64,000 nucleotides of DNA, from the NCBI RefSeq assembly GCF_006345805.1, contig NC_043008.1, positions 24,304,001-24,368,000 on the forward strand. The letters run 5' to 3'. This document shows positions 12,930 through 29,659 of this stretch, in pieces. The notes beneath the pieces are model-generated. The model was given only the letters and a program-made list of their open reading frames with translations, did not search any database and was not told where the DNA came from. The first letter of the stretch is position 1, and the number at the start of each line of letters is the position of its first letter. This stretch comes from Octopus sinensis. Taxonomy: Eukaryota. The position numbers and the translations under genes are program-made.

Positions 12930-13140
12930 GTCCTATGATTAATCTGGAAGTGCGTCCCCCAGGAGAGAGGCAGCCTGGGGTCGAAAAGTCATCCACTGGC
13001 ACAATCTCTTCACTAAATACGAACTGGATGGTTACTTGAACGGGAAGTGCCCCAACTCGAGGCATCCAAGTTCCCCACCGCAACGACTGCAGAATATAGA
13101 TTGCAAGAGGTTCAAATGGACCTGAGAAGAGTATAAAGAA
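12930..13140 (+). mobile_element. Probable 5' fragment of an R4/Dong-like LINE
   Basis: Reads SGSASPRREAAWGRKV...ELDG..GK...ARGSNGPEKSI, resembling recalled R4-family 5' regions; no catalytic motif. Confidence 0.3.
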
Positions 13141-13361
13141 GTAATACACGTTTATTACTATGCATTAGGTAGGCCATCTGAAGATACACACTCCGCACAT
13201 TCTTATCAAACATGAAGACTTCCCCTTTTCTCTTCCACACAACTTTATAAATGAATAATCTGGAGGGTTTATTTTAATGGCCTACTAATGTATATAGTAA
13301 GTATTTTACCCTAGGTATAGAGGAATCTCGGCAAGAAATACAAACAAGATTGAAAGAAGAG

Positions 13362-13470
<109 letters not shown>

Positions 13471-13689
13471 ATAAGCGCGCCAGCCTTGGCATCGGCTGGA
13501 CGTGTTCTTCGGTGCTCTGACCAGTCAGTATCTGAAGACACAGAAACACTAATACAACCCAGCAAGACAACTGAAAAATATCTCTCAAAGTCTGGAATCT
13601 CTACAATTTCCTGTAGGTATTTAAAATTTCCCTCAAAATAAGATAAAAACATACATATCTACAATTTGCGAACACACAAACGATCAGCT

Positions 13690-14060
13690 TTAAAAACTTT
13701 AATATCTACAACTTCTGTGAATACCTATCCTTTCCTTTCTCCCTCAGTATTCGAAAATATAAACATCCATTTTATTCTAAGAACACTACAGTTTTCTCTG
13801 TTTGGACATTCAAAAGTTCATCTTTAGTAAATCATAAAAATTTAATATCTACAATTTTCAGTGAAAATTTTACCCTCCTTTTATTTCCTTTCCTTTCTCC
13901 CTGAATATTCGAAAATATAAACATCTTTTTTATTACAAAAACACTACAGTCTTCTCTGATAGGACATACAAACGAACATCTCTAGAAAATTTAAAACTTT
14001 AATATCTACAATTTTGTTCGAAAATTTTACCTTTCTTTTCTCCCTGACTACCGAATATGT
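13690..14060 (+). repeat. Diverged tandem repeat, about 2.5 units of 143-157 bp
   Basis: Anchor tttaatatctacaa recurs at about 13700, 13843 and 14000, followed by cctttctccct.a.tattcgaaaatataaacatc. Confidence 0.8.
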
Positions 14061-14799
14061 AACCACACCTTTTATTGCAACACAATTAAATGCACGATAA
14101 AAAAAATTAAGGATGTAAGCACATGCCAACATATACAAACTGCACAATTATAAAAACTATAAACCACAAAAAAAACTAATAAATGGAAAAGAAAAATTTC
14201 AAAGAAAGAAAAATTCAGAAATTCAAAAATTCAACGATGTGTACATCAGTATATATATTTATAACATACCCTCCATAGTGATTTTACATTACTCTCTACT
14301 TATTTACATTTTCCTAACTCATATCGGATGAATTTGGCGTGCCTCGAAATTACCTGTCTTTTCACATAAACGCTGTGCATGACACTTGAATTCAAAACTT
14401 AATTGTGTTGACAGAGATGAAAACATTAATGCCGGTGGAGTTTCATGCTAGATTTTTATCAAGAGCAATATTTCCCCTGGCGAAGTGAATGAGTCCCTTA
14501 AGTGGTCCATAACGCCCAAATTCGAATAGGGAATTAACCAGTTATTTTAAAGTTGTAGATTCTATTTGCCATGTCACCCGAACACAGGTTTTATCGTAAG
14601 AAGAAATAATATGAGTGATATAATGGGTTTATAGCCAGATTTGGCTGCTGTTTTTAATATGTAAGGGTTTTTAACCCTCTTAGTTATAATTGTGACTTAT
14701 TCATAATTATAAACGTTTTTGTTTTCTCTCTCTCCCCCTCTCTCTCTCTCTATATATATATATATACATATATATACATACATACATACATACATAAAT

Positions 14800-14832
<33 letters not shown>

Positions 14833-15299
14833 ATCATTTTTCTATCAGTAATTATAAAATAGAACAAGGTGAATTGGTTCTTTTCATGGCCAAGATCGTG
14901 CTCTCATTGATTGCCAGTAATAGTAAAGATATTTGACTTCTGCTGACCCCACGGGTGTGAGGCCTCTTTTGTCTCTTTATCGCACAAGAATGTCCATTGC
15001 TGATCTCCTCAGCATCTGCCGAATCTATTTACAGACCTGTGGAATTTAATTTATTCACCAAGCTGTTTCTCTTGCTCCTACTATTCCCTTAAACCCTCAC
15101 ATATTTATGATTAGCTCAACTATAACAAAATTTGAAACTAAACAACATTTAACAATACATTTCAATAATAAATGGAAATAATAATAATGATGGTAAGTCA
15201 AGACTCATGTCAGGTCAGAGGAAATATTAACATTGACAAACAGTTGTAAGAAAATGAAAATAATAACATCAGTGATGATAATAATAATGATGAAAGGCA

Positions 15300-15900
15300 G
15301 CTGTTAGAATCTCTGTATGCTTTGATTGAGGGTGTATCTAGTGAGGGTGTCACAATAAAAACACTGATAATTGCGCAACCTGATAATCGCTACCTCATAT
15401 GAGTGACAAAGAAAAAACAAAATATTGTGAATAACGGCGGTAATGAAACTGAAGCCCTCGATATTGATATTGCACCCGACCGGCTCAAAGATACCGGTCT
15501 GATTGCCGACTGTCGTTATCCATTAAAGGACCAGCACACAAGGCATAGATGGAACAAACAAGTCAATATTATGGTCCTGGAGTGTTACTACCTGAGCAAC
15601 CTCGTAGACAAAAATGGTGTTCATCTTAGGGGATGCCGACAACGTATGTATGATTAATGAAGAGAAAAAGAATTGTTTCAATTCACGGAACAGACATTAT
15701 GTGATCAAGCTAAAGCAATATGAAAAATCGTTCGTTCACAGAATAGAGCTCGAAGTTGTCAAAACAGGGGTATTGGAAAACAGCAGCAGAGGAAAGGATG
15801 AAAATACAATTCCTACTGATAAAGGTATTCTCTTCGCAGAAAACAGGGGTGACATCTCTAAAAAACCACAAGAAAGGAACAGTGATAGCTTGATCGATGA
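15300..15900 (+). mobile_element. N-terminal fragment of another Dong/R4-type LINE
   Basis: RHRWNKQVNIMVLECYYLS...RGCRQRMYD and FTEQTLCDQAKAI match the R4/Dong N-terminal RxKWTxExNxxVMxCYY / EQRLxDQARxI motifs; preceded by short AAT repeats. Confidence 0.75.
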
Positions 15901-15906
15901 GAAACA

Positions 15907-16082
15907 TGTAGGCAAAGTCGACCTCGGCGGAATTTGAACTCAGATTGTAAAGACAAACAAAATACCGCTAACGTTTCTTATTTCTTTACTGCCCACAAGA
16001 GGCTATACATAGAGGGGACAAACAAGGACAGACAAACGGATTAAGTCGATTATTATTGACCCCAGTGCGTAACTGGTACTTA
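15907..16082 (-). mobile_element. tRNA-SINE family A pieces (head and tail, rearranged)
   Basis: ggcaaagtcgacctcggcggaatttgaactcaga; ggattaagtcgatta..gaccccagtgcgtaactggtactt. Confidence 0.75.
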
Positions 16083-16099
16083 TGCGTTTTTTGTCTTGA

Positions 16100-16760
16100 A
16101 ATGAGATCACCATGTCGTTGCACATATAGGTGTGGTGCATGTGCATGGTGTGCCCTTTTCAGACAGGTCGTAATGATGGGTATAGTGGACTTCGTATATT
16201 TCTCCCCAGTTGTTTCTCAAAATTACAGCCATTTGATGTAAAATGTTCGGCAAGTTCTGTTGATGTTATACCTATCCTAATTGAAATTCCGCTGTACAAC
16301 CAGCATAAATCAAGTTGTGTTTGGTTTATTCCGCTGCGTACACCAAATGGGAATCTTGAGAATTTTTACATGCGTCTCCCTCTGTATAAATCAAAGCATT
16401 TTTGTTATAATTTATGAGGGAATTGACTTGGCTCATGTTCCTGCACAATGAACAGGTCTTACCTCTCTTTCGGCTCTTTTGTGGGGTGCAGCATTCAGAA
16501 ACTCCAATAGTAGTTGGGGTTAAAGTTAGTGGTTAATAGCTTTCTTTTTTTTTTTATTGCGTCTACCGGTTAAAATATTCTTGCATCCTCCTATTGTACC
16601 CTTTAGACGCGATAAAAATCTAAGAGAGTTATTAACCACTAACTCTAACCCCAATAAATTTACTATCCCTAGATCACAAAAAAATGTCTGTAAGACAAGC
16701 AAATCCTGTTCATTGTGTAACAGAAATGTTATGGTTTATACTGAATGTACTGCTTGGTAT
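16100..16760. mobile_element. PLE GIY-YIG region with an internal inverted duplication
   Basis: Plus strand 16557 reads IFLHPPIVPFRRDKNLRELL...CKTSKSCSLC (Cys linker); minus strand 16540-16100 reads HLVYAAE*TKHNLIYAGCT...TELAEHF; ttaaccactaact.taaccccaa is shared in inverted orientation. Confidence 0.7.
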
Positions 16761-16762
16761 TG

Positions 16763-16793
<31 letters not shown>

Positions 16794-16796
<3 letters not shown>

Positions 16797-19700
16797 TAGT
16801 TTTATTTTTATAGTGTGCTTTCACTTCACTACCGAGCGCAGCTCTGTGTGCCTTGGGTATGTGCTGTGATTTGTTGTGATGCTCTGATGGTTATTGTATG
16901 GAAAGTGTTCTGCGTAGGATGTATGCGATGCCTAGTAGTGCAATTTTCTGTATGTTATATGTGTTTGTAAGTCCTGGTGTTTTTGTTATGCATTTGTCTG
17001 GATATTTTTTTATCATGCCTAATGCACCTACTATGATAGGAATTGTTTCTGTTTTCAGATTCCACATTCTGGTTACCTCTATTTCCAGGTCTTTGTATTT
17101 TGAAAGTTTCCCCATTTCTTTTAGAGACACGTTGTCATCTGCCGGTATTGATACATCAATTAGAAAGCATTTTGTTTCTTCATGATCTCTGACAACTATA
17201 TCTGGTCTGTTGGCCTTAATTTCTCTATCTGTGTGTATCGGCATATCCCAGAGTATGGTTGCTTTCTCGTTTTCTGTGACCTTTTCTGGTGTGTGCCTAT
17301 ACCATGTTTTTTCTGTTGTTATTCCATAATATTGGCATAGCTTCCAGTGTATGTAGGTTCCAACTCTGTCATGTCTGTGAATATGTTCCTTCTTAGCCAG
17401 GACTGGGCAGCCAGAGATAATATGATTTATTGTTTCTTGCACATCTCCACATATTCTGCAGTTACTTGTTATATTTCTTTTCATTACATGTTTTTGGTAA
17501 TTTCTGGTGGGGAGGATTTGGTCTTGTGCTGCAATTAAGAATCCCTCTGTCTCTGCTTTGAGTCCTGAGCTTCTCAACCATTGCTGGGATTTTTCTTTGT
17601 CTATTTCTTTTGCATTTAGTTCAGTCCAGTATTTACCATGAAGGGGCTTTTCTTGCCATCGTTTTATCATGGTTCTTTGCTGTTCTAGTTTTAATTTGGA
17701 TTTCATTTGTTTTATAGCTTTTGTTGTTTCTTCTTCTTTTCTTCTTCTTCTTCTTCTTCTTCTTCTTCTTCTTCTTCTTCTTCTTCTTCTTCTTCTTCTT
17801 CTTCTCTTCTTCTTCTTCTTCTTCTTCTTCTTTTCTTCTTCTTCTTCTTCTTCTTCTTCTTCTTCTTCTTCTTCTTCTTCATATTTATTAGGTGGTATGA
17901 TTTCTTGTTTGTATTTGTCAGCTTCCTTAAATACTGAGAAAATTGTTTTGTTTTGCTCGTGTTTTGCCGCTATTTGTATCAGTTTTCCTTCCTTCCGAAG
18001 TAGATATTTTTGCAGTCCTATGGTGGTTATTTTATAGTAGTTTTCCAGCTGTATAAGGCCTCTACCACCTTCTATACGTTGTATATATAGTCTTTCTATG
18101 TCAGATTTTGGGTGATGCATCCTAGATCCTGTCATTATTTTTCTTGTTTTCCTATCTATTTTGGTCTGTTCATTTAGTGCCCAGTTAAGGATATTGTAGC
18201 TGTAACTTATAACTGGGACAGCTAAAGTGTTGATACCTATTATCTTGTTTTTAGCATTGAGCTCTGTTTTTAGTATTGATCTAACTCGTCTATAATATTC
18301 TTTTTTTATTTTCTCTTTCTTTTGTGTGTGTTGTGTCTTATCTAGTTCATGGATTCCTAAGTATTTGTAAGTTTGGCTTTGGTCTAATTCTTTTATTTCA
18401 TTGGTTTTATCTAGTGTGATGTTGCTACTCTTAACTAGTTTTCCTCTTTTCATGGTTACTTTGGCACATTTTTCTAATCCAAATTTCATATCTATTTCTT
18501 TGGTAAATCCACGAACTGTCTTTAATAGTGTTTCCAGCTGTTTGTCATTTGCAGCGTATAGTTTTAGGTCATCCATATATAAAAGGTGGCTGATCGTTTT
18601 GCCGTAACATTTATATCCGCATCCAGTACTATTTAGCATATCAGATAGAGGTGACAGTGCCAAGCAGAAAAGGAGTGGAGAGAGCGTGTCTCCCTGGAAT
18701 ATTCCTCTTCTAATGAGGATGGCTTTGGTTTTTATGAGTCCCTCTTTTGTTTGGAGTTGTAGCACTGTTTGCCATTTATTCATAGAGTGTCCTATGAATT
18801 TTATAATTGTTGGTGCCACTTTGTTAATGGCTAGTGTTTCGCGGATCCATGTGTGGGGGATGCTATCAAACGCCGATCCAGGCCATACTGAGGCCTTTCT
18901 TCTTTCTGTGGCTGTCTTCAGTTATGGCTTTATTAATCATTAGTTGATCTTTACAGCCATATGAGCCTTTGCGGCATCCTTTCTGCTCTTCTGGAAACAG
19001 GTTGTTTTCGTCCAGGTGCTTGTTCAACCTTTGCGATATCACTGCAGTAAATGCCTTGTACATTGTAGGGAGCAGGTTATTGGTCTGTAGTTTTCTGGTT
19101 TTGCTGTCTCATTTGATTTGGGAATTAAGATGGTTTTCCCCTTCGTGAGCCAATCAGGCATTGTCTCTGGCTCTGCCAGTATGTTGTTAAAATTTTCAGC
19201 CAGCTTTTTGTGCATTCCTGTTAAATATTTTAACCAGAAGTTGGGGATCTTGTCATGCCCAGGTACCTTCCAGTTGCTTAGTCTTTGCAGTGCCTGGGTG
19301 ATGTCTTCAGTTATTATGGGGGTCCAAAGTTGCTCAGATGCTGAGTTTGTTGTTTTAATACTCCTATTTTTTTTTTGTTCGCTCGCCGACCATATTTCTC
19401 TCCAGAATTCTTCCACTTCTTCTGTCGTTGGTGCTGCAGTGATTTCTATTTTATTTTTGCCAAGTTCTTAGTAGAACTTTTTGGGGTTGGAGTTGAACTT
19501 TTTGTTTTGTTCAAAGGAGCGTTGGCGTTTCTCGTACCAGCGGATCCTGTGTGCTTTGGCAAGGATATCTTGCTTTAGCTTTTCTTTTATCTCAGGTAAA
19601 TCTTTTTCTGTGATGTTGTATTTGCGGAGTATTTTTGTTTTCTTTTGTTGCTCAGTAGCGTTGATTGTCCACTGATTTCATTAAGAATCGACAGATCTTT

Positions 19701-20726
19701 TCTCATTTTTTGTATTTTGTTTTGGATGTTATTTATCCACAGGGTTTGTTTGGGTGGTGGTACTCCTGTTTGGACGGGTTTGAGTGAGTATCCAGCTTCT
19801 TTTGTGGCTGCAGTGGCTGCTGCGTATACTAAGTCATTTAGCTCAGTGATATCGCTTTTTGTTTCAGTGGCTATTAGTTCCGTGACGGCTAGGTTTATGC
19901 TGTTTATAATTGGTGTTGTTGTTTCGTCTATTTTGATTTTTGGGAGGTATGGTCGGTGGTCCATTTTGAGCTCTGTGGTTTTCAGCTCTTTGATTATTCT
20001 ACTTTTTATATTATCATAATCATTAGGCTCCCCTTCGTTGTTTCCATGTTTTAGATTTGTGTCGCTTTCGTTCTAATTTGTATGTTTGTTTGTCGTGTTT
20101 TGGCTTGCTGTTTGTCGTGTATTATTATGCATCCTTACGGTCTGGGTTTGTTGTTTTTTGTTTACATCGTGTTTGTTGGGAATGTTACGTTTGTTTGTGT
20201 TTTGCGTTGAGAATGTATCTTCGTACGTTAGCTAGTTTATTAGGCTTCATTGATGTATTCAAATCTATATTTATGTTATTTTCCTTCCATATTTTATATG
20301 TATGTGTTGTTGTGTTTTCATTTTTTGGGTAGAGCACTGCTGTGAAGTAAGCGTGTAGGATAGAAATGTATTCCTCACGTGTCCATTTATGTCTTTTGGG
20401 TTTTATTTGCGGGACATGGGGAACAACGTCCGGCCCATTATTATGACGGTCGTCATTTTTGCAGGGTACCGGTCCGTTCATTTCTGTTATCACATTGTTT
20501 TGCACGTGCAGTTTTTCGTACATTTTATGTTGTAAGTTTAAAGTACGTAGTTCCCGATTGTTATTCTTGGGTTGAATAATATCGGTGTTCTTTAATTTCT
20601 TCGTAGTTTTTTTGTACATGGTGTTTGGGGTCGGGGATGATCTGGTGTTGATGGATCGTAATGTATCACGCATGTCTACATGTGTTGTGTTAGAGGTGGA
20701 GATGATATCGAGTTAAAATACATCGA

Positions 20727-20727
<1 letters not shown>
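16794..20727 (-). mobile_element. Near full-length Dong/R4-clade RLE non-LTR retrotransposon inserted in (AAT)n
   Basis: Bounded by (AAT)n at both ends (16764-16793 and 20728-20805); N-terminal KRHKWTREEYISILHAYF; KVPGHDKIPNFWLK, ENYRPITC, EEQKGCRKG, FQGDTLSPLLF, YMDDLKLY, CCHC knuckle CRICGDVQETINHIISGC, RLE RHDRV/RPDIVV/IDVSIP/KLSKY; 5' half frameshifted. Confidence 0.95.
16891..18819 (-). CDS. RT C-terminal half, zinc knuckle and RLE endonuclease of the Dong/R4 element (642-aa open stretch)
   Basis: ORF track; motifs as above; interrupted in frame by a poly-E/K/R tract from (GAA)n at 17728-17880. Confidence 0.85.
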   Translation of the reverse strand: MAPTIIKFIGHSMNKWQTVLQLQTKEGLIKTKAILIRRGIFQGDTLSPLLFCLALSPLSDMLNSTGCGYKCYGKTISHLLYMDDLKLYAANDKQLETLLKTVRGFTKEIDMKFGLEKCAKVTMKRGKLVKSSNITLDKTNEIKELDQSQTYKYLGIHELDKTQHTQKKEKIKKEYYRRVRSILKTELNAKNKIIGINTLAVPVISYSYNILNWALNEQTKIDRKTRKIMTGSRMHHPKSDIERLYIQRIEGGRGLIQLENYYKITTIGLQKYLLRKEGKLIQIAAKHEQNKTIFSVFKEADKYKQEIIPPNKYEEEEEEEEEEEEEEEEKKKKKKKKKRRRRRRRRRRRRRRRRRRRRRRKEEETTKAIKQMKSKLKLEQQRTMIKRWQEKPLHGKYWTELNAKEIDKEKSQQWLRSSGLKAETEGFLIAAQDQILPTRNYQKHVMKRNITSNCRICGDVQETINHIISGCPVLAKKEHIHRHDRVGTYIHWKLCQYYGITTEKTWYRHTPEKVTENEKATILWDMPIHTDREIKANRPDIVVRDHEETKCFLIDVSIPADDNVSLKEMGKLSKYKDLEIEVTRMWNLKTETIPIIVGALGMIKKYPDKCITKTPGLTNTYNIQKIALLGIAYILRRTLSIQ

Positions 20728-20784
<57 letters not shown>

Positions 20785-22644
20785 GTTATTATTATTATCA
20801 TCATTATATTGCTTGTAAGCAAATGACCTTGCTGTTGTGCTCGTAAGTTGCTACTGAATGCTATTGTTTTGAAGAAAGCAGTTTTGTGTTTTCTTATACA
20901 GTTTTATCATTAATCCAAAGATCATCTCTGAGGCCAGTTGCTTTTGGGAAGTTTTGCTCTTTTTGATAGAAATATCATATATTTAAAAAAATAATATTGC
21001 TTCGCGTACCCAACGTGAGTTAGGTATCACAACCACCAATCCAGTACCAATTTCTCACTACTACCAGTTAAGAGAACGTATGGAGTGAAATAACTATATC
21101 AACAAGAACAAAAAACAGCCCAGAATTATGTGAATGAAACACTACTACTACCTCCAAAATTGATGGTCAAAACAACACCACCGCTAACAAGAAAGTGGGA
21201 AAAATAAATAAGACCCAATACTAAACGTCGATCACACGTAAGGAATTCCTTTTAAATGACAGCAAAATCCTTCCCAGAAGCTTATTAATAGACATGTATA
21301 AAGACTCACTGTTCCTCGTAAATGAAACAGTGATAGGCATTTAGGGAGCGAGAGGGTGTCTGAAGATGGTAGAATGACATATATTCAGTTAGTTTCAGAA
21401 TATAAATTACACGCAAAAGATAGTTTGTTAGGAAAATTGAAATAAGACATTATACTGAACATTTAAAAAGAATACAAAATTTTGAAGGGCAGCATCACCA
21501 AGAACTTGTGGTTTGCTTTTCCTGTCGATCGTTATTATATTTGGTGGCGACATTTTATTTCTTTGTGACTTCTCACCTCCGTGGCAGTTTTCCATTACTT
21601 TCATAGTTTTGCTCAGTTTTACTCCTTCCTCGAATGAAGTTTCTAGTTTACTTAGTAACCCACATTTCGAGCCTTTGTACTATAGTTTTTCTCCCACAAA
21701 TATAAACATCTTATTACAGATAGCATAGTCTAAAGCGTTAGTATGCTGGATTAAAAGTCTCATAGTATATATATGCGTCTCTTTAGATTCAGACTTGAAA
21801 TACTTGGGTGGTCTAGAAGTAGACCCTGCTAGATCAAAACAGTGCTCTTAGAGTTCACCAGAACGGCCAATCAAGTCAAGGTCATCATTTTTTTGCGACC
21901 GACAAGACTGTATTTTCCAGACTCAGGATTTAAAATACAGTCAAATACCAGCCATGATATAATAAACTTTTCCCGCCTCCATACTTTTAAGGTCTTCCGA
22001 TTATGTTAAAGATCATAATTACTACAAACCAACCGATAACCTTCTACATAGAATATTGGCTTGCTAGGTATATTAGCAAAAACTCCTTCTCGCTACATCT
22101 TACCCACTTTAAATGATATTGATACATTAGAAAATATAATTCTTGGTGCTCCGAAACAATAGAAAGGACCAAGTAGAAGCACCTTTAGCCATACAATTTA
22201 ATTCAGATCCAGATGGGACTACAAAACTCCAATATTCACCAAGAGTGTTGGCTGGCTTGCTAGCACTTGCTTCTATGGAGACCCATTCTCTTGAATTCGT
22301 AGAAATTTCACAATAAGAATCTCGCTTTGTCAAGGACACCATGTCTCATGCAATATTTGATGAGAGCTCCGAATGTTCAATTTCTCATCAGAGTTGCGAC
22401 GGTCCTATTTTTACTGTTAAAATCTTTGTCCTGAATTCTGGTCCGTAACTCTTGGCATGAAGTACCTCTTACTAAGTGCTGTCAGACAAAGACGGCTCTA
22501 CACAGAACTCGCAACAGAGAGGTATGTTTGGAACTGAAGTATTTAAAGAATTATCACATGATATCGGGCCTTGCGCCTAGAGTAGAGAGGATTATTACAG
22601 GATATTGTTGTAAGTAGTTTTATTTTTTGTTCTGCAGTTAGAGC

Positions 22645-22845
22645 GTCGAGCCTGCAGAATCGTTAGCACACCAGACGAAGTGATTAGTGCACTATCATCC
22701 GTCTTCACGTTTGGGTTCAAATTCCACTGCGGTCGACTTTGTTTTCCATCCTTTCGGGATCGAGGAAATAAGGACCAGTCAAGCACTGTGGTCAATGTAA
22801 TCGACTAGCCCCACTCCCGTCAAAATTTCAGGCCTTGTGCCTATA
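22645..22845 (+). mobile_element. tRNA-SINE family A, near complete
   Basis: ctgcagaatcgttagcacaccagacgaa...gggttcaaattccactgcggtcgactttgttttccatcctttcgggatcgag...gtaatcgactagcccc...ggccttgtgcc. Confidence 0.8.
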
Positions 22846-23559
22846 GCAGAAAGGATTATCTGTTCTGCAATTAAAGTTTCCTTTTGTAACTAGCACACTT
22901 TCCATATTCGATGCTAACCGCTGTACCTAATAAGTTATAAAAGTGCTACTGATGAATATATATTAATACAATATTTTACCTCAGACAGGATAAGCATATA
23001 TTTCTCCCAGAGAAACTGAATCAGATATTTCAATTTGCACATAGCAATATTGAAATCTTGAACTTTTAATGAAGATAATTGGCTTATTAGCATTACATGT
23101 GTTATTAACAAATTTATTTATTTAAATTGATCGAATGAAATTGTTATTTCCCACGGCTAAAACTTTACGAAAACAAACATTTATCAACAAACACGACTAC
23201 ATATGTAGATTAGCCAACACGCTAATAATAATGTTGGCATCACTTAGAACGATATGTTTAAGTTCGAAATTATTTCCATATCAAATGGAAAACTTAGTCG
23301 GGTGTCGATTCTAGGTTGCTGCTATTTTACTTTACGGCAGAGGTTACTGTACAAGCATTCTTGTCAAAACTTGAGTTTTGTGCTACCTCTTCGGAGGAAT
23401 TATTAAAATGTATTATTAAAAATTGAGATTGAGTATTTTCAGACTTTTATCATTTTTATGTCACACAAACAACCATCTTAATGTTATGCCCCTTGCAGTT
23501 CGGATGATTTGAGAATTAACAGTTAAGTTTTATAATTAGACAAAATAAGGGTTTCCAAT

Positions 23560-23715
23560 TACGACGCAAGACCAGCAATTTTAAATCGATTACATTAGAT
23601 CCAATGCTCAAAGTCGTACTGATTTTATCAATCCAGAAAGGATATAAGTCAAAGTTGACATTGATAAAATTTAGACTCAGAATTAGTCAGAAGAAAGCAT
23701 TTTTCTCGATAATCT
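23560..23715 (-). mobile_element. Old tRNA-SINE family A copy
   Basis: gcaagaccagcaattt..aatcgattacatt.gatccaatgctca..gtactgattttatcaatccagaaaggat. Confidence 0.55.
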
Positions 23716-24779
23716 ATCAGTTATGCCGGATCGCCGCTATATTGAGACGAAATAAAAATATGTCTTTACGTGTATCACCTATGTTCTTGTCTCCTAAAAA
23801 CAAGTCTTACGCAATTTTACTTTCTTATAATTAACCGAAAAGATAATGCAAAAATCACTGTTTCTTGATGTTCAACAAACTCGTAGACATTACAAGATTA
23901 ATAGCAATCTCTTTCAGATGTTATACTCGAACTCTCATATTTAATATTTTAAGATTAGGAAACACTTGTCAGCGATGATCAGTTTTTCTTTTGAATGCAA
24001 ACTTTCTCTAACCTATGTCATATACGTAGAATTATTTTAATTTTCATGCACCTTAGGTTCAGCGCTAAGGAACATCATTGTTGTAACAAATATGAATTTT
24101 ATAAATATAAAAAGACAGAAATAACGCAGAATATTAAGACGTTCAGCAGCTCTATATCTAAAGTCTGATTCCATGCTGAAAAATCTGTGACGCACTATGA
24201 ATATCAGTTTTTATTTCCTACTGTTCATTCAAATTCTACCATAGCAGAATCTTCTTGATAATTAGCTTTTAAATATGACTTGATATTTGATTTTTGATTT
24301 GGAGTGCTGGCGGAGACATCTTGCAAGTTCTAAATTGCTAAACATATTTGATTTACTTCAAGACAGAATACATTATTCTTCATTATCTCAATTTATCTAG
24401 GTTAACAGCTGTAAAATAAATTTGTGTTGAAACTGCTTAACCCTTTGGTAGCTAAGTATGAGACGCTATGCATAAATTTTGCGAAATAAATTTGTTGAGT
24501 AAAAATAAATAAATAAATAAAAGAAATAAAAAATATAATAAAAAATATCTATATTGTTTCAGTAATTAGTTCCAGAAGAATAAGCACCTCTATGTTATTT
24601 AGTGAGACATAATAGGATTTAAGAGAGCTTGAGATTGGTCAGAAGCAACGGGTAGGCGATGACGGTTATGGTGATTGGATTGCCACTGCAAAATAATTGC
24701 AAAGTAAGCAGAGAAAACACAGGACACAACTGTTCGAAACGGTTGTTGTATGCTGATGAGAGTATTTACCCAATAGACC

Positions 24780-25100
24780 AAATGAATGACTTCTGGGATG
24801 CATGGAAGTGTTTAACCGTGGCGTTTTGCAAGCTGTATGAGTAGTGCTTTAAAGTGGATTACTCCTACTCTTTTTGTAGATGTGGTAAGTAAGGAAAACT
24901 GAAGCATTATTTTGCACTGACGACGAATCTGGATTAAATTTTACAAGGTTAGGATGAAATCTCTAGATTATTTGATCGGGCATGCAATTGGGCAAGTGCT
25001 TTCTACTCTAGTGTCAAGTATACCCTAGCTTTATGGTTAAAGATTTGTTGATGTGAACAGCGTTAAGGCTGTCACAAGGCCTTTTTCTTTTCTGGGGTAC
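24780..25100 (+). pseudogene. Very decayed CR1/L2-type RT fragment
   Basis: Traces of VxSGVPQGSVL (EVFNRGVLQAV), LLFL, FADD (FCTDDES) and LxxWxxxWxxxF (RLFDRACNWASAF) in the expected order. Confidence 0.4.
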
Positions 25101-25910
25101 TAGACGGTGTGACGCAACGACCTTGCACTTCTTAGACATTACACAATATACTCCGTTGCAATAATTCATTTAATTCCTGTGGTCTCAGCATAACTTTTCC
25201 CTTTTTACCATGTCTCTGATACGAAGAATGACATGAACGTTACTCTTCCTCTTTTGTTTCGTTAAAAGAAACGAGCAAAAGGTTTTTAATTTCGAGAAAG
25301 AACAATGCTTTACGGTGTTGTGTATTTTAATATACACCGAAATTTAGACACTATATTTTTGATAGGGCTGATTTAGAAGAAAATTTCCATCCAAGCATTA
25401 TACAGTAATATTTTTCTCAAATTCAAGGGCCAAATCATTGCTTTTACCTACAGTCTGTCTATAAGCAGAAACAGTATTGTTTTGCAGTGGCAACCCAAAC
25501 ACCATAACGTTTTCAGAAGAGGTAACTGTGTTGAAAATATACTGCCCGTTACTAAGATAGGCAAAAAATACATCTTGACAAACACCATTGCAGTTTAAAA
25601 ACCGTTACCATCGCTATTCAGTGTTGCAACCGAACTATATAAAGTGGTTCTTGGTATGATAACTATTGAACACATTGAATCTGTGTCACATAAATTTCAG
25701 TAAATGATATTGTTACAGTTCATTTGTACATAACGAGAATAAAATAAATTACGTGAAGCATTTAATTGATAAACAGAAACAATTTTGAGGATGAATCGAA
25801 AAAATTCGTTTCAATGTATAATAAACAGAAATTGCGACTGTAAAAATGAAACATGCAATTAGTTATGGCATGAACAAAATGTTGGGAACATCATATATAA
25901 TAGTATATAA

Positions 25911-25989
<79 letters not shown>

Positions 25990-26052
25990 AAGAGCGTGAG
26001 TGTGTGAGTGTGCGTTTATGTATAGTGATACATAGATATATATTATATTTAC

Positions 26053-26172
<120 letters not shown>

Positions 26173-26186
26173 ATTTATATATATAT

Positions 26187-29605
<3,419 letters not shown>

Positions 29606-29659
29606 TGCATACTCATACACATATTACTGCATATATAATAGGTCATTGTATATTATTTG

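Noticed and set aside
22357-22390. CTGATGAG on the minus strand within an 8-bp hairpin
   Set aside because: No GAAA or stem III; not a hammerhead.
21900-22600. Possible coding exons in microsatellite-poor sequence
   Set aside because: All frames have stops. Faint LINE-like traces on the minus strand (ILEFCSPIW, RP*KYGG) suggest ancient retroelement decay, too weak to call.
24880-24884. ttttgtag|ATGTG|gtaagt 5-nt microexon pattern
   Set aside because: Falls inside a decayed CR1/L2 RT remnant and is probably incidental.
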